Source: an uncultured Alphaproteobacteria bacterium
GTDB lineage: Bacteria > Pseudomonadota > Alphaproteobacteria > HIMB59 > GCA-002718135
Direction of reading: 5' to 3'
Length of the DNA stretch: 64,000 bases
Assembly: GCA_902518705.1 (NCBI GenBank)
Contig: CABYHW010000004.1
Location: 4,084-68,083, forward strand
The notes under the pieces are model-generated. The model was not told the origin of the DNA. It saw nothing but the letters and a program-made list of their open reading frames with translations, and made no database searches. Made by a program: the position numbers and the translations under genes. Within the stretch, counting starts at the first letter, position 1. Each line of letters starts with the position of its first letter. Positions 39,211 to 47,902 of this stretch are shown here, one piece after another.

Positions 39211-39822
39211 CTAATCCCAGTTAGATTCTAGAACTCTAGACAAATTAAAGCCATGCCATGTAATACCATCAAAAAAATTTTTATGATTTGCCCACACACC
39301 ATCTTGATCAAGTTTATCTTGAGCCTTACCATAATCTTTCATGCTTTGAAAACGTATACCAAATCCCCAATTGTTCTGTGATCCTCTAAGTTGACCAACA
39401 GTGCCTCCATTAGCTCCTGCATCCATCCAATATTTAAAAAATGTTTCTGAATCTTTTAGTATTAAATCTTCATCTTCATGACTAAAATTCCAGAATGCAA
39501 AACAATTTTTGACACCAGGATCTGGTTCCATATTATGTAATCTGGGAGTATAAAAATTCATTTTTTCCCATGATGTAATTTCAAAATACGGTTCCATTTC
39601 TTTTTGGAAGTCTTCATCATAACTAATTTTGTCATCAATTTCTCCAAAATGTTCATTATTATTAAAACCTGCAAAAAAAGTATAAAGACCAGTATCTCTG
39701 CCTATATGATTTTGTAATGCGGTTCCTATAGATCCGTATTTTTCAAAATACTTTGTTGCCGTTTTATATGCATCAACAGCTTTAGATGCTGTAATTTTAT
39801 AATCCCAATTTGCTACAATCAT
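39211..39822 (-). CDS. Hypothetical protein with an internal duplication (two ~95-aa alpha/beta-barrel-like halves)
   Basis: 203 aa. The halves align by eye: W at position 5 of each, KYFEKYGSIGTALQ / KYWMDAGANGGTVGQ, FGEIDDKISYD...FEITSW / YGKAQDKLDQD...FDGITW. Confidence 0.45.
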   Translation of the reverse strand: MIVANWDYKITASKAVDAYKTATKYFEKYGSIGTALQNHIGRDTGLYTFFAGFNNNEHFGEIDDKISYDEDFQKEMEPYFEITSWEKMNFYTPRLHNMEPDPGVKNCFAFWNFSHEDEDLILKDSETFFKYWMDAGANGGTVGQLRGSQNNWGFGIRFQSMKDYGKAQDKLDQDGVWANHKNFFDGITWHGFNLSRVLESNWD

Positions 39823-39910
39823 ATTTTCCTCCTTTGAAGATTAATATTTTAAGGTATTATGAAAATATTAATGAAATATTAAAAATATTTAATTTTAATA
39901 ATAACTTGCT

Positions 39911-40763
39911 ATGACTGTGGATAAAATTATACTTGGTTACTGGAGCACTAAAGGTTTAGGATCCACTTCTAGGCAAATGATTATTTATGCTGGAGTTCCA
40001 CTTGTTTCAAAGATTTATAGACTGATACCAAAATTAGAAAATAATTCCCTAACTTATGATGGTAGTGAATGGCACGAAAAAGATAAAATTATTTTAAAGA
40101 AAAAAAATAGTTTAATCAATTTACCTTATTTACAATTTCGTGAAGGGGGAAAAGAAATAATAATTGCTCAATCTATTACTTGCCTATCTTTTCTTGGTAA
40201 AAAATTTAATATGTTTGGAGAAAATTCTAAAGAAGAATTAGCATGTAATCAATTACTTCAAGAAACAGTTGATTTAAGGAATATAGTTACAAGATTTGCT
40301 TATACGCATTTTGAAAATGAAAATGATGAGTTAACTGAAGCATCAACTGTTTTTAATCAAGCATTTGAACATTCAAATGTAGGGAAGTTACAAAAATTTG
40401 AACATTGGCTTAGTTCAAAAAGTAACGAAGAAACTAAACTATTTTTAATAGGTAATAATATTTCTTCACCTGATTTTAATTTGTTTGACACACTAGAACT
40501 TTATTATGAATTTTTGAAACATTATAAATTTGCAAAAAAATATAAACTCTGATAATTTTTTTGAACAATTAGGATTTCCTTTAGTTTCTAAATTTTTTAT
40601 AAATTTTAAAACACTTCCTAAGATGCAAAAATATTTTAATTCAATGTTATATCAGTTTCCTTTCACAAATAAATCCGCTAAGTTTGGATCTGGTAAAAAT
40701 GGAATAACGTGGGATCATAAAAAAGAAATAGATTCAACACCTGATGAGATTGTTATTGATTGA
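39911..40763 (+). pseudogene. Mu-class-like glutathione S-transferase interrupted by a +1 frameshift at an A7 run
   Basis: ORFs 39911-40552 and 40530-40763 together resemble a Mu/26-kDa-class GST: ILGYWSTKGLGS, NLPYLQF, IIAQSITCLSFLGKKFNMFGE, then a C-terminal FPLVSKFFINFKTLPKMQKYFNS. The shift must lie between 40518 and 40552, where the only homopolymer is A7 (40534-40540). Confidence 0.65.
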
Positions 40764-40790
40764 TAAAATTAAGTTGATAAAACTATATTT

Positions 40791-41387
40791 ATGAAAGAAA
40801 TAAATTTTTGGTTTTCAATTGGCAGTACTTATACTTATTTAACAGTCAATAGGTTGCATGAGGTTGCAGAAAAAGAAAATATTAAATTTAATTGGCACCC
40901 CTTTAGTGTAAGAAAAATTATGATGGATATGGATAACATTCCATTTACTCCACCAGCTAAAAAAATAAAATCAGATTACATGTGGAGAGATATTGAAAGA
41001 CGAGCAAAATTTTATGGCTTTGAAGCTAAAGTACCAGCACCATACCCATTAAAAGAATTTGATTTAGCAAATCAAATTGCAATTCTTGGAATGAATGAAG
41101 GGTGGGGAGTTGATTATGTTTACAAAACATATCAAAGATGGTTTCAGCAAGGGAAAGAACCTGCAACAGAACCTAACTTAACAGAAATTTTTAAAGAACT
41201 TAACTTAGATCATGAAGAAACTATAAATAAAGCCAATGAACAGGAAATAAAGGATAAATACTTAAGTAATACAGAATATGCTTATAAAAAAGGAGTTTTT
41301 GGAAGTCCATCATTTATCTTTGGGGAAGAAGTATTTTGGGGAGATGATAGATTAGAAGATTGTATTAAGTGGATACGATTAAATTAA
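40791..41387 (+). CDS. DsbA-like thioredoxin-fold protein (2-hydroxychromene-2-carboxylate isomerase family)
   Basis: 198 aa. INFWFSIGSTYTYL N-terminus, GVFGSPSFIFGEEVFWGDDRLE C-terminus. Confidence 0.75.
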   Translation: MKEINFWFSIGSTYTYLTVNRLHEVAEKENIKFNWHPFSVRKIMMDMDNIPFTPPAKKIKSDYMWRDIERRAKFYGFEAKVPAPYPLKEFDLANQIAILGMNEGWGVDYVYKTYQRWFQQGKEPATEPNLTEIFKELNLDHEETINKANEQEIKDKYLSNTEYAYKKGVFGSPSFIFGEEVFWGDDRLEDCIKWIRLN

Positions 41388-41479
41388 AAGTAATTTATTT
41401 TAATATTTTACATTATATAAAATTTTTTTGCAGAATCTTTATCTTTAATATTTAAATAAACTAATTCAAAGGAGTAAAA

Positions 41480-41848
41480 ATGAATCTTAGTTTACTTTTT
41501 AAAATTCAAGGCGTCGTCTTAATAATTAATGGTTTAGGATCATTATTTTTAGGATCTATTTGGATTGCACTTGGAACTGGTTGGGAAGCTACACCAGATT
41601 TAATTACATTTGGTCAATTTACAGGTGTTGTTCTTTTCGTTATTGGTATTTGGAGTTGGCGTTTCCCTGACATTGCAGCTGAAAATCTTAAATCAATTGG
41701 AATGTTGTTCGCCCTTGGAAGTCTTTTATTTACTGGAATAATTTTATTCCATATTGTTACAGGAGTAATCGCTGGAGCAACACCCTATGTAAATGTAGTT
41801 TTAACTGCATTATTTACATTAGCTTTTTACGTATACAGTAGAGCTTAA
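41480..41848 (+). CDS. Hypothetical 4-TM membrane protein, probably well expressed
   Basis: 122 aa. Strong RBS AAAGGAG 7 nt upstream of the ATG, less AT-rich codon usage than its neighbours, followed by a GC-rich terminator. Confidence 0.6.
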   Translation: MNLSLLFKIQGVVLIINGLGSLFLGSIWIALGTGWEATPDLITFGQFTGVVLFVIGIWSWRFPDIAAENLKSIGMLFALGSLLFTGIILFHIVTGVIAGATPYVNVVLTALFTLAFYVYSRA

Positions 41849-41852
41849 ATAT

Positions 41853-41868
41853 GCGGGCATTTGCCCGC
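41853..41868 (+). terminator. Rho-independent terminator
   Basis: gcgggc-attt-gcccgc, 5 nt after the stop codon, followed by an A/T-rich tail ending in T5. Confidence 0.65.
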
Positions 41869-41913
41869 TAAATTAATTTTTAATAAAATAAAAATTCTAT
41901 TATAATATATCTA

Positions 41914-42030
41914 ATGAAATTTTTTGAATACATCTTTCCTAAAGGTCGATGGTCTCTTACCAGAGTTGCTATCTTGTTTATTATATTCATGATATTAGAT
42001 TTTATAGTTGTTTATTATAAAATTATATAA
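41914..42030 (+). CDS. Possible 38-aa hydrophobic small ORF upstream of the ABC-F gene
   Basis: ATG 41914, MKFFEYIFPKGRWSLTRVAILFIIFMILDFIVVYYKII, TAA 42028-42030. No clear SD. Ends 10 nt before the GTG of the ABC-F gene. Confidence 0.2.
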   Translation: MKFFEYIFPKGRWSLTRVAILFIIFMILDFIVVYYKII

Positions 42031-42040
42031 ATTTAAATAA

Positions 42041-43855
42041 GTGGTTAGTGATTTATTATTTTCTCTTAGAGATGTAGAAATTAAATTTGGAAAAAAAATA
42101 ATTTTTCAAGATTTAAATCTAAATTTACACAAAGGTGATATGATTGCACTTGTTGGTAAGAATGGTGTCGGAAAAACAACACTAATGAAAACTATAAATG
42201 GTGATCAAGATTTAGATTCTGGAGAATTATGGAGTTATCCAAATTTAAATGTTGGTTACTTCAATCAAAAATTTGAAAAATTAAATAACAAAACCATTCA
42301 AGAGAATTTTTCAGACTTACTTAATGAACAAAATAAACATTTTGTTGATATATTTTGTAATAAACTCAATTTAGATAAACTTGCTAATGTTGAAAATCTT
42401 TCAGGAGGTCAAAAAAGAAAAGTTTACTTAATTAGATCTTTATTAAAAGACTCAGATGTTTTGTTATTAGATGAGCCTACCAATCATCTAGATTTGCAAT
42501 GTATCGAATGGTTAGAAAGTTATTTACGAAATTTAAATAAGACAATTATGTGTGTGAGCCATGATAGAACTTTTCTAAGTAATTTTACGAATAAAGTTTT
42601 TTGGATAGATAGAGGAAAATTACGAGTAAGTCCAAGAGGATTTAAGGATTTTGACAAATGGTCAGAGGAGTTACTCGATCAAGAATATAGAGAATTAAGA
42701 AATAGAAAGCAATTTGTCAACATTGAGCTCGAGTGGGCAAACAAAGGAGTAAAGGCGCGAGTTAAGCGAAATGAAAAAAGATTAAAAAGAGCGAAAGAAT
42801 TAAAAGCAAAATTAGAAAAAGATGAAGCATCTTATAGAAGTGCAATAAAATCTTTAAGACCTCAAGTATCTAAAAAATCTACCGATCAATCTAAATTTAT
42901 TGCTGAGCTCCAAGAAGTATTCGTAAAATATCCTAATCAAAGTGAATTTGTTTTTAAAAATCTATCTATCAAAATTTCAAAAAATGATCGTATTGGGCTT
43001 TTAGGTAATAATGGGAGTGGTAAATCAACTTTTCTCCGGACCATTCTTAATGAAATTAAAATTACTAAAGGTAAAATTAAGTTGAAAAAAAATTTAGAAT
43101 TTTCTTATTTTGATCAGATGCGTAATGATCTTAATGGCAGAAAATCTATTAAAGATATCTTAGTACCCTCTGGAGGAGATTATTTAAAAGTTCAAGGAAG
43201 AGATAGGCATGTTTGTAGTTATGTGAAAGATTTTCAGTTTGATCCTAAAAATGTCAATCATACGATACAAACATTATCTGGAGGAGAGCAAAACAGATTA
43301 CTTTTAGCAAAAGTATTAGCAAATCCCAAAACTGGACTTATTTTAGATGAGCCAACAAATGATCTAGATTTAGAAACATTAGATCTATTAACTGAAATGT
43401 TATCCAATTATAATGGAACGTTATTAATAGTATCGCATGATCGAGATTTTTTAGATCAAACTGTAAATAAAATTCTACATTTTAAAGAGGATGGAAATGT
43501 ATCATTGTTCTTTGGTGGATACAGTGATTTTTTGAAATCTGAAAATCAACAAGTTACTAAAAATAAAGAAACTAAAAAATCATATTCAGAAAACAACAAA
43601 GTAAAGAATTCTAAAGCTAAACTATCATATAAGTTTCAATATGAATTAGAGCAATTACCAAACCAAATAAAAAATATTCAACAAGAATTAGAAGATATTA
43701 AAAATGAATTAAAGGATACAAACCTATATTTGGAAAATTATGAACGCTATCAAGAAATAACTTCCAAAATGGAAGTTCTTAATAGTGATCTCAATACAAA
43801 AGAGAATAGATGGTTTGAATTAATTAAAATGGAAGAGGATCTAGTTAGTAATTAA
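42041..43855 (+). CDS. ABC-F family ATPase (Uup-like)
   Basis: 604 aa with a GTG start and no TM. Two cassettes (GKNGVGKTT/LSGGQKRK, GNNGSGKST/LSGGEQNR), a basic inter-domain linker and a C-terminal coiled coil. Confidence 0.85.
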   Translation: MVSDLLFSLRDVEIKFGKKIIFQDLNLNLHKGDMIALVGKNGVGKTTLMKTINGDQDLDSGELWSYPNLNVGYFNQKFEKLNNKTIQENFSDLLNEQNKHFVDIFCNKLNLDKLANVENLSGGQKRKVYLIRSLLKDSDVLLLDEPTNHLDLQCIEWLESYLRNLNKTIMCVSHDRTFLSNFTNKVFWIDRGKLRVSPRGFKDFDKWSEELLDQEYRELRNRKQFVNIELEWANKGVKARVKRNEKRLKRAKELKAKLEKDEASYRSAIKSLRPQVSKKSTDQSKFIAELQEVFVKYPNQSEFVFKNLSIKISKNDRIGLLGNNGSGKSTFLRTILNEIKITKGKIKLKKNLEFSYFDQMRNDLNGRKSIKDILVPSGGDYLKVQGRDRHVCSYVKDFQFDPKNVNHTIQTLSGGEQNRLLLAKVLANPKTGLILDEPTNDLDLETLDLLTEMLSNYNGTLLIVSHDRDFLDQTVNKILHFKEDGNVSLFFGGYSDFLKSENQQVTKNKETKKSYSENNKVKNSKAKLSYKFQYELEQLPNQIKNIQQELEDIKNELKDTNLYLENYERYQEITSKMEVLNSDLNTKENRWFELIKMEEDLVSN

Positions 43856-43862
43856 GCGACTA

Positions 43863-44651
43863 TTAATATGCGCTAGTATTATCAGATTTAGTATCTACAT
43901 CTTTCAATTCTTTTAATAAACTTTCAGCATGTGATGTCATCATTCTAAAATCAGAAAGTAAGGTGGTAAATTGAAAGCCATATTCCATCATTTCTTTCAT
44001 ATACTTAACTGATCCATTATGAATTCCAGCAATCTTTCCTTTTTCTTTTGCTTTTTTTGCAATCATTTTTATGTTTGAAAATACCGGATCTTCACGAACA
44101 TCAAATTTAGGTGGCAAACCATAAGAAGAACTCATATCTGCAGGCCCAATATAAATACCAGTTAAGTTTGGAACTGAAAGAATGGCATCTAAATTTTCTA
44201 CTGCCTCTTTTGTTTCAACCATTGCTAAACTCACTATGTTGTTATTCGCATGCTTATGGTAATCTGATCCATATGCAACCTGAGCTCTCATTGGACCAAA
44301 ACTTCTTTGTCCAATAGGGGGGTAATAACAATATGAAACAAACTTTTCGCAGTCCTCTTTTGTATTAATCATTGGTGCAATAATACCCTGAACTCCAAGA
44401 TCTAACATTTTCATAATAATTCCAGGCTCATTCCAAGGAACTCTTGTCATCGGAACAGTGTTACTATTTGATAATCCCTGAACCATCGCAATAGCAGTTG
44501 AATAGTCATTTTGACCATGTTGCATATCAATTGTAACAGAATCCCATCCCATTTTTCCAAATGCTTCAGCTGTAAAAGAATTAGGAATTGATAGCCATGC
44601 ATTTATAGATGCTTCATTTTTTCTCCATATGTCAAAGAGTGAGTTTTTCAT
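43863..44651 (-). CDS. HpcH/HpaI-family aldolase (2-keto-3-deoxy-acid aldolase)
   Basis: 262 aa. GWDSVTIDMQHG, VRVPWNEPG-like block (TRVPWNEPG), MVETKEAVENLD, YIGPADMS. Confidence 0.8.
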   Translation of the reverse strand: MKNSLFDIWRKNEASINAWLSIPNSFTAEAFGKMGWDSVTIDMQHGQNDYSTAIAMVQGLSNSNTVPMTRVPWNEPGIIMKMLDLGVQGIIAPMINTKEDCEKFVSYCYYPPIGQRSFGPMRAQVAYGSDYHKHANNNIVSLAMVETKEAVENLDAILSVPNLTGIYIGPADMSSSYGLPPKFDVREDPVFSNIKMIAKKAKEKGKIAGIHNGSVKYMKEMMEYGFQFTTLLSDFRMMTSHAESLLKELKDVDTKSDNTSAY

Positions 44652-44656
44652 AAAAT

Positions 44657-44677
44657 TTATTATTATTATTATTATTA
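44657..44677. repeat. (TTA)7 trinucleotide microsatellite in a divergent promoter region
   Basis: Seven perfect TTA units beginning 6 nt upstream of the aldolase start codon (minus strand). Confidence 0.9.
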
Positions 44678-44815
44678 TATTTAAATATAATTACTATTAA
44701 AATTAACTCGTAAATATATAATTCTCAAACTTTAGAGGTATTTTGCCCTACTAAATACAATCAACTTGCAGTGATTTTAAAATTCTTTAATGTAATATTA
44801 TTAAATGGAGGAATT

Positions 44816-46144
44816 ATGATTAAAACAGTAATAAGTTTTGTATCTGTAATTATTTTATCTACTTCTTTTTCTGCAATATCAAAAACCAAGGTAACTTGGT
44901 CGATGGAGTCTAATGCAGATAGAGACCCAATAATGATTGAAAAATTACAAAATGCTTACAACAATTCTCAAGGCAATTATGAACTCGTTATCGAATTTGA
45001 AGATAATGAAACAAGATTAACTTCAATGAGAACTGCTATGATTGGTGGTATGGGTCCTGATATCGTCGAGACTCCTGGTCCATCTTATGTAAAAGAGTAT
45101 CATGCAGCTGGTATGTTAGAAAATTTAGATTCATACGCTGCAGAATTTGGCTGGAAAGATAAGATGATACCTTGGGCTTATAGTTCAGGAGTTTTCGAAG
45201 GAAGTTTATACGCAATTCCAAAAACTCATGAATCAATGGTTATGCTTTATAATAAAACTTTATTTGAAGAAAATAATTGGAAAGTACCAACAACATTAGA
45301 AGAATTAGAAGATGTTGCTGGCAAAATTAAAGCAAAAGGTATGAATGTATTTTCATATGGATCAGATGGATGGCAACCTACTCATGAACACCTTGTAGGA
45401 ATTTATTTAAATAACTATGCAGGTCCTCAAGCTGTATATGAAGCAATAATTGGTGAAAGAGAATGGACAGATCCTGTTTTTGTTGAAGCTCTTGAGTTAC
45501 TTAAAAAACATATGGTTGACGAGGGATATTGGTCTGGAAGCCTAGAAAATTATTATGCTATTGGATGGGATGATTTCCATGCTCAATTTGCTAATAGAGG
45601 GGCAGCTATGATGACAATTGGTACTTGGACTTTTCAAGCAACACAATTAGGTATTGGTGCGAGCGGTGATGAATGGGGTTGGGCTCCACTTCCATCTCTA
45701 TCTTCGCAATCTCCAGATCCTAATTTTATGATTGCAATTGGTACAACTATGTCAGTTAATGCAAATGGTAAAAATAAAGATGGTGCGATAGATGTTTTAA
45801 ACTGGATAATGAGTAACAAAGACAAAGTTCTTGATATTGCTAAAGACTTTGAATTTGGAGAAATGGTAGTTCCATTAACTTTATCTAGCAGTGATATTCC
45901 AACTGATATTGCTCCTCAAGTTCAAGATTATCTAAGCGAATATGCAAGAATTACCGGCGAAGGTAATTATGGATATTGTACTTGGACTTTTTGGCCTGCT
46001 GACCCTGGTGTTCATATTTGGAAAGATATGGAAGTTGTATGGGCTGGCGATATATCTGTTGAAGATTTCTTATATGATCATCAAAAGATGTGGGATAAAG
46101 CTAGAAAAAATGGCGACACTTTACCAGTTCCATTAAGAAACTAA
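44816..46144 (+). CDS. Extracellular solute-binding protein (family 1, carbohydrate type)
   Basis: ORF 44771-46144. Preferred ATG 44816 behind GGAGG (44807-44811). Signal peptide MIKTVISFVSVIILSTSFSA. W/G/Y-rich CUT1 binding-protein pattern. Confidence 0.85.
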   Translation: MIKTVISFVSVIILSTSFSAISKTKVTWSMESNADRDPIMIEKLQNAYNNSQGNYELVIEFEDNETRLTSMRTAMIGGMGPDIVETPGPSYVKEYHAAGMLENLDSYAAEFGWKDKMIPWAYSSGVFEGSLYAIPKTHESMVMLYNKTLFEENNWKVPTTLEELEDVAGKIKAKGMNVFSYGSDGWQPTHEHLVGIYLNNYAGPQAVYEAIIGEREWTDPVFVEALELLKKHMVDEGYWSGSLENYYAIGWDDFHAQFANRGAAMMTIGTWTFQATQLGIGASGDEWGWAPLPSLSSQSPDPNFMIAIGTTMSVNANGKNKDGAIDVLNWIMSNKDKVLDIAKDFEFGEMVVPLTLSSSDIPTDIAPQVQDYLSEYARITGEGNYGYCTWTFWPADPGVHIWKDMEVVWAGDISVEDFLYDHQKMWDKARKNGDTLPVPLRN

Positions 46145-46158
46145 AATAAATATACAAA

Positions 46159-46182
46159 CAGTGAAGCTTCAAAGCTTCACTG
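46159..46182 (+). terminator. Stem-loop after the binding-protein gene (attenuator)
   Basis: cagtgaagctt-ca-aagcttcactg, a near-perfect 24-nt palindrome 15 nt after the stop, followed by TATTT. Confidence 0.5.
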
Positions 46183-46190
46183 TATTTAAA

Positions 46191-47066
46191 ATGAAAATAT
46201 TTTCTAATAAAAATTTTGTTGCCTGGTATTTTGTCTTTCCTGTTGCATTCATTCATTTATTTGTAATAGGCATTCCATCACTTGCAAGTTTAGCGTTATG
46301 TTTAACTGACTGGAGAGGGCTTGGTGAAATAAATTATATTGGTTTTGAAAATTTTATAGAACTATTTGATGATAGATATCTTAAAAAGGCAATTATTAAT
46401 AATGTAATCTGGACTATTGCTTTCCTAACTGTACCAGTTGGAATCGCATTAACTTGTGCTTATCTACTTACAGGAATTAAAAGAGGCCAAATGTTTTTTC
46501 GACTTGCTTTCTTTTTTCCTTACATGCTTGCAAGTGTAATTAATTGTCAAATTTGGAAATATTTATTTCACCCAATTCATGGTCTTGGAGGTTTTTTTGA
46601 GAGGATTGGTTGGGATTTTTTAGCAGTATCTCCATTTACTATGAAATCTACGTCTTTATTTGCAGTAGCATTTGTAGATGGTTGGCATTTTTGGGGTTTT
46701 CTTGTGGTTATATATTTAACAGGAATGTATCAAGTTGATAATCATCTTTACGAAGCTGCAGATATTGAGGGAGCAACAAAATTTCAAAAATTTAGATACA
46801 TAACTTTACCAATGATTAGACCAGTTTTTGTTTTTAGTATTATGATTATAATTATTTGGTCTGTTCCAGTGTTTGATTATGTATATATTTTAACAGGTGG
46901 TGGTCCTGCATACAGTTCAGAAGTAATAGCAAACTATATGTATTCTCAAGCATTTGAGAGATTTGATGTTGGATACTCTTCTGCAATAGGAACACTAATG
47001 TTTTTTTATGTTATGATTATAGTTGCTTTGTTTGGTCTTTTTAGAAAAGCTGGGTGGGATATCTAA
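46191..47066 (+). CDS. CUT1 ABC transporter permease (MalF-like)
   Basis: ORF from GTG 46161, which lies inside the hairpin; ATG 46191 preferred. EAA loop YEAADIEGATKFQKFRYITLPM. Confidence 0.85.
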   Translation: MKIFSNKNFVAWYFVFPVAFIHLFVIGIPSLASLALCLTDWRGLGEINYIGFENFIELFDDRYLKKAIINNVIWTIAFLTVPVGIALTCAYLLTGIKRGQMFFRLAFFFPYMLASVINCQIWKYLFHPIHGLGGFFERIGWDFLAVSPFTMKSTSLFAVAFVDGWHFWGFLVVIYLTGMYQVDNHLYEAADIEGATKFQKFRYITLPMIRPVFVFSIMIIIIWSVPVFDYVYILTGGGPAYSSEVIANYMYSQAFERFDVGYSSAIGTLMFFYVMIIVALFGLFRKAGWDI

Positions 47067-47902
47067 TGATAGTTGCAAAATATAGAAGTAGAGAAGTGAT
47101 ATCCAATTATATAATACTAATTATATTTGCTTTGATAGCTATACTGCCTCTAGCAGTTCTTTTATTTAATTCAATTAAGCCTCAAATGGAGTTTGGCGTA
47201 AATCCACTTGGACCTCCAAGTGAAATAAGATTTGAAAATTTTAGTGAAGCTTGGGTTAAGGGAGAATATGCTAAAGTTTTTTTTAATTCTTTAAAGTTAG
47301 TTGCTGGATCAGTATTATTGTGTCTTGCAGTTTCACTTGCAGCGGGATTTAGTCTTGCAAAATTAAATCCAAAAGGATCTGCAATAATCGCTGTTTACCT
47401 TTTAGTTGGTATAAGTATTCCTGCACAACTTTATATCGTGCCTTTGTTCTTATTATGGAAGGAGATACATCTTTTAAATACACATATAGGATTAATTATA
47501 ATCTACACAGCTTTAAATGCACCATTTGCAACTTTCTTAATTAGATCTTACATGATTAGATTGCCAGATGAGCTATTTGAAGCTGCACGACTTGATGGAG
47601 CTAATACTTTTCAACTTTTTTTTAGAGTTGCGCTACCTCTTTCATGGCCAGTTATTTTAACTGCAGGATTAATAATAGCTCTTGCAGTTTGGAATGAATT
47701 TTTATTTGCTTTAACTTTTATTAGTGAAGAAGGTTTTAAACCTATGGCTACTATATTATTTGCATTTCAGTGGAGATTTGAAAATAATTACGCACTGCAA
47801 AGCGCATCAGCGATAATGATGGTTGCGCCTGTGGCAATTCTTTTCATGCTATTTCAAAGGAGATTTATTTCTGGATTAACTAGTGGAGGATTAAAAGGTT
47901 AA
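47054..47902 (+). CDS. CUT1 ABC transporter permease (MalG-like)
   Basis: EAA loop FEAARLDGANTFQLFFRVALPL. Start is ATG 47054 or ATG 47066 (TAATG overlap with the upstream stop). Confidence 0.85.
   Translation: MGYLMIVAKYRSREVISNYIILIIFALIAILPLAVLLFNSIKPQMEFGVNPLGPPSEIRFENFSEAWVKGEYAKVFFNSLKLVAGSVLLCLAVSLAAGFSLAKLNPKGSAIIAVYLLVGISIPAQLYIVPLFLLWKEIHLLNTHIGLIIIYTALNAPFATFLIRSYMIRLPDELFEAARLDGANTFQLFFRVALPLSWPVILTAGLIIALAVWNEFLFALTFISEEGFKPMATILFAFQWRFENNYALQSASAIMMVAPVAILFMLFQRRFISGLTSGGLKG

Noticed and set aside
39840-39910. Three AAATATT(A) motifs in the divergent spacer between the duplicated-barrel gene and the Mu-like GST; considered as operator repeats.
   Set aside because: The motif is short, AT-only and palindromic, so it is expected frequently by chance at this base composition. 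There is no adjacent regulator.
40530-40763. The 77-aa TTG-start ORF treated as an independent small gene.
   Set aside because: Its sequence continues the GST C-terminal domain of the upstream ORF after a 1-nt frame change, so it is better explained as the 3' part of a frameshifted gene.
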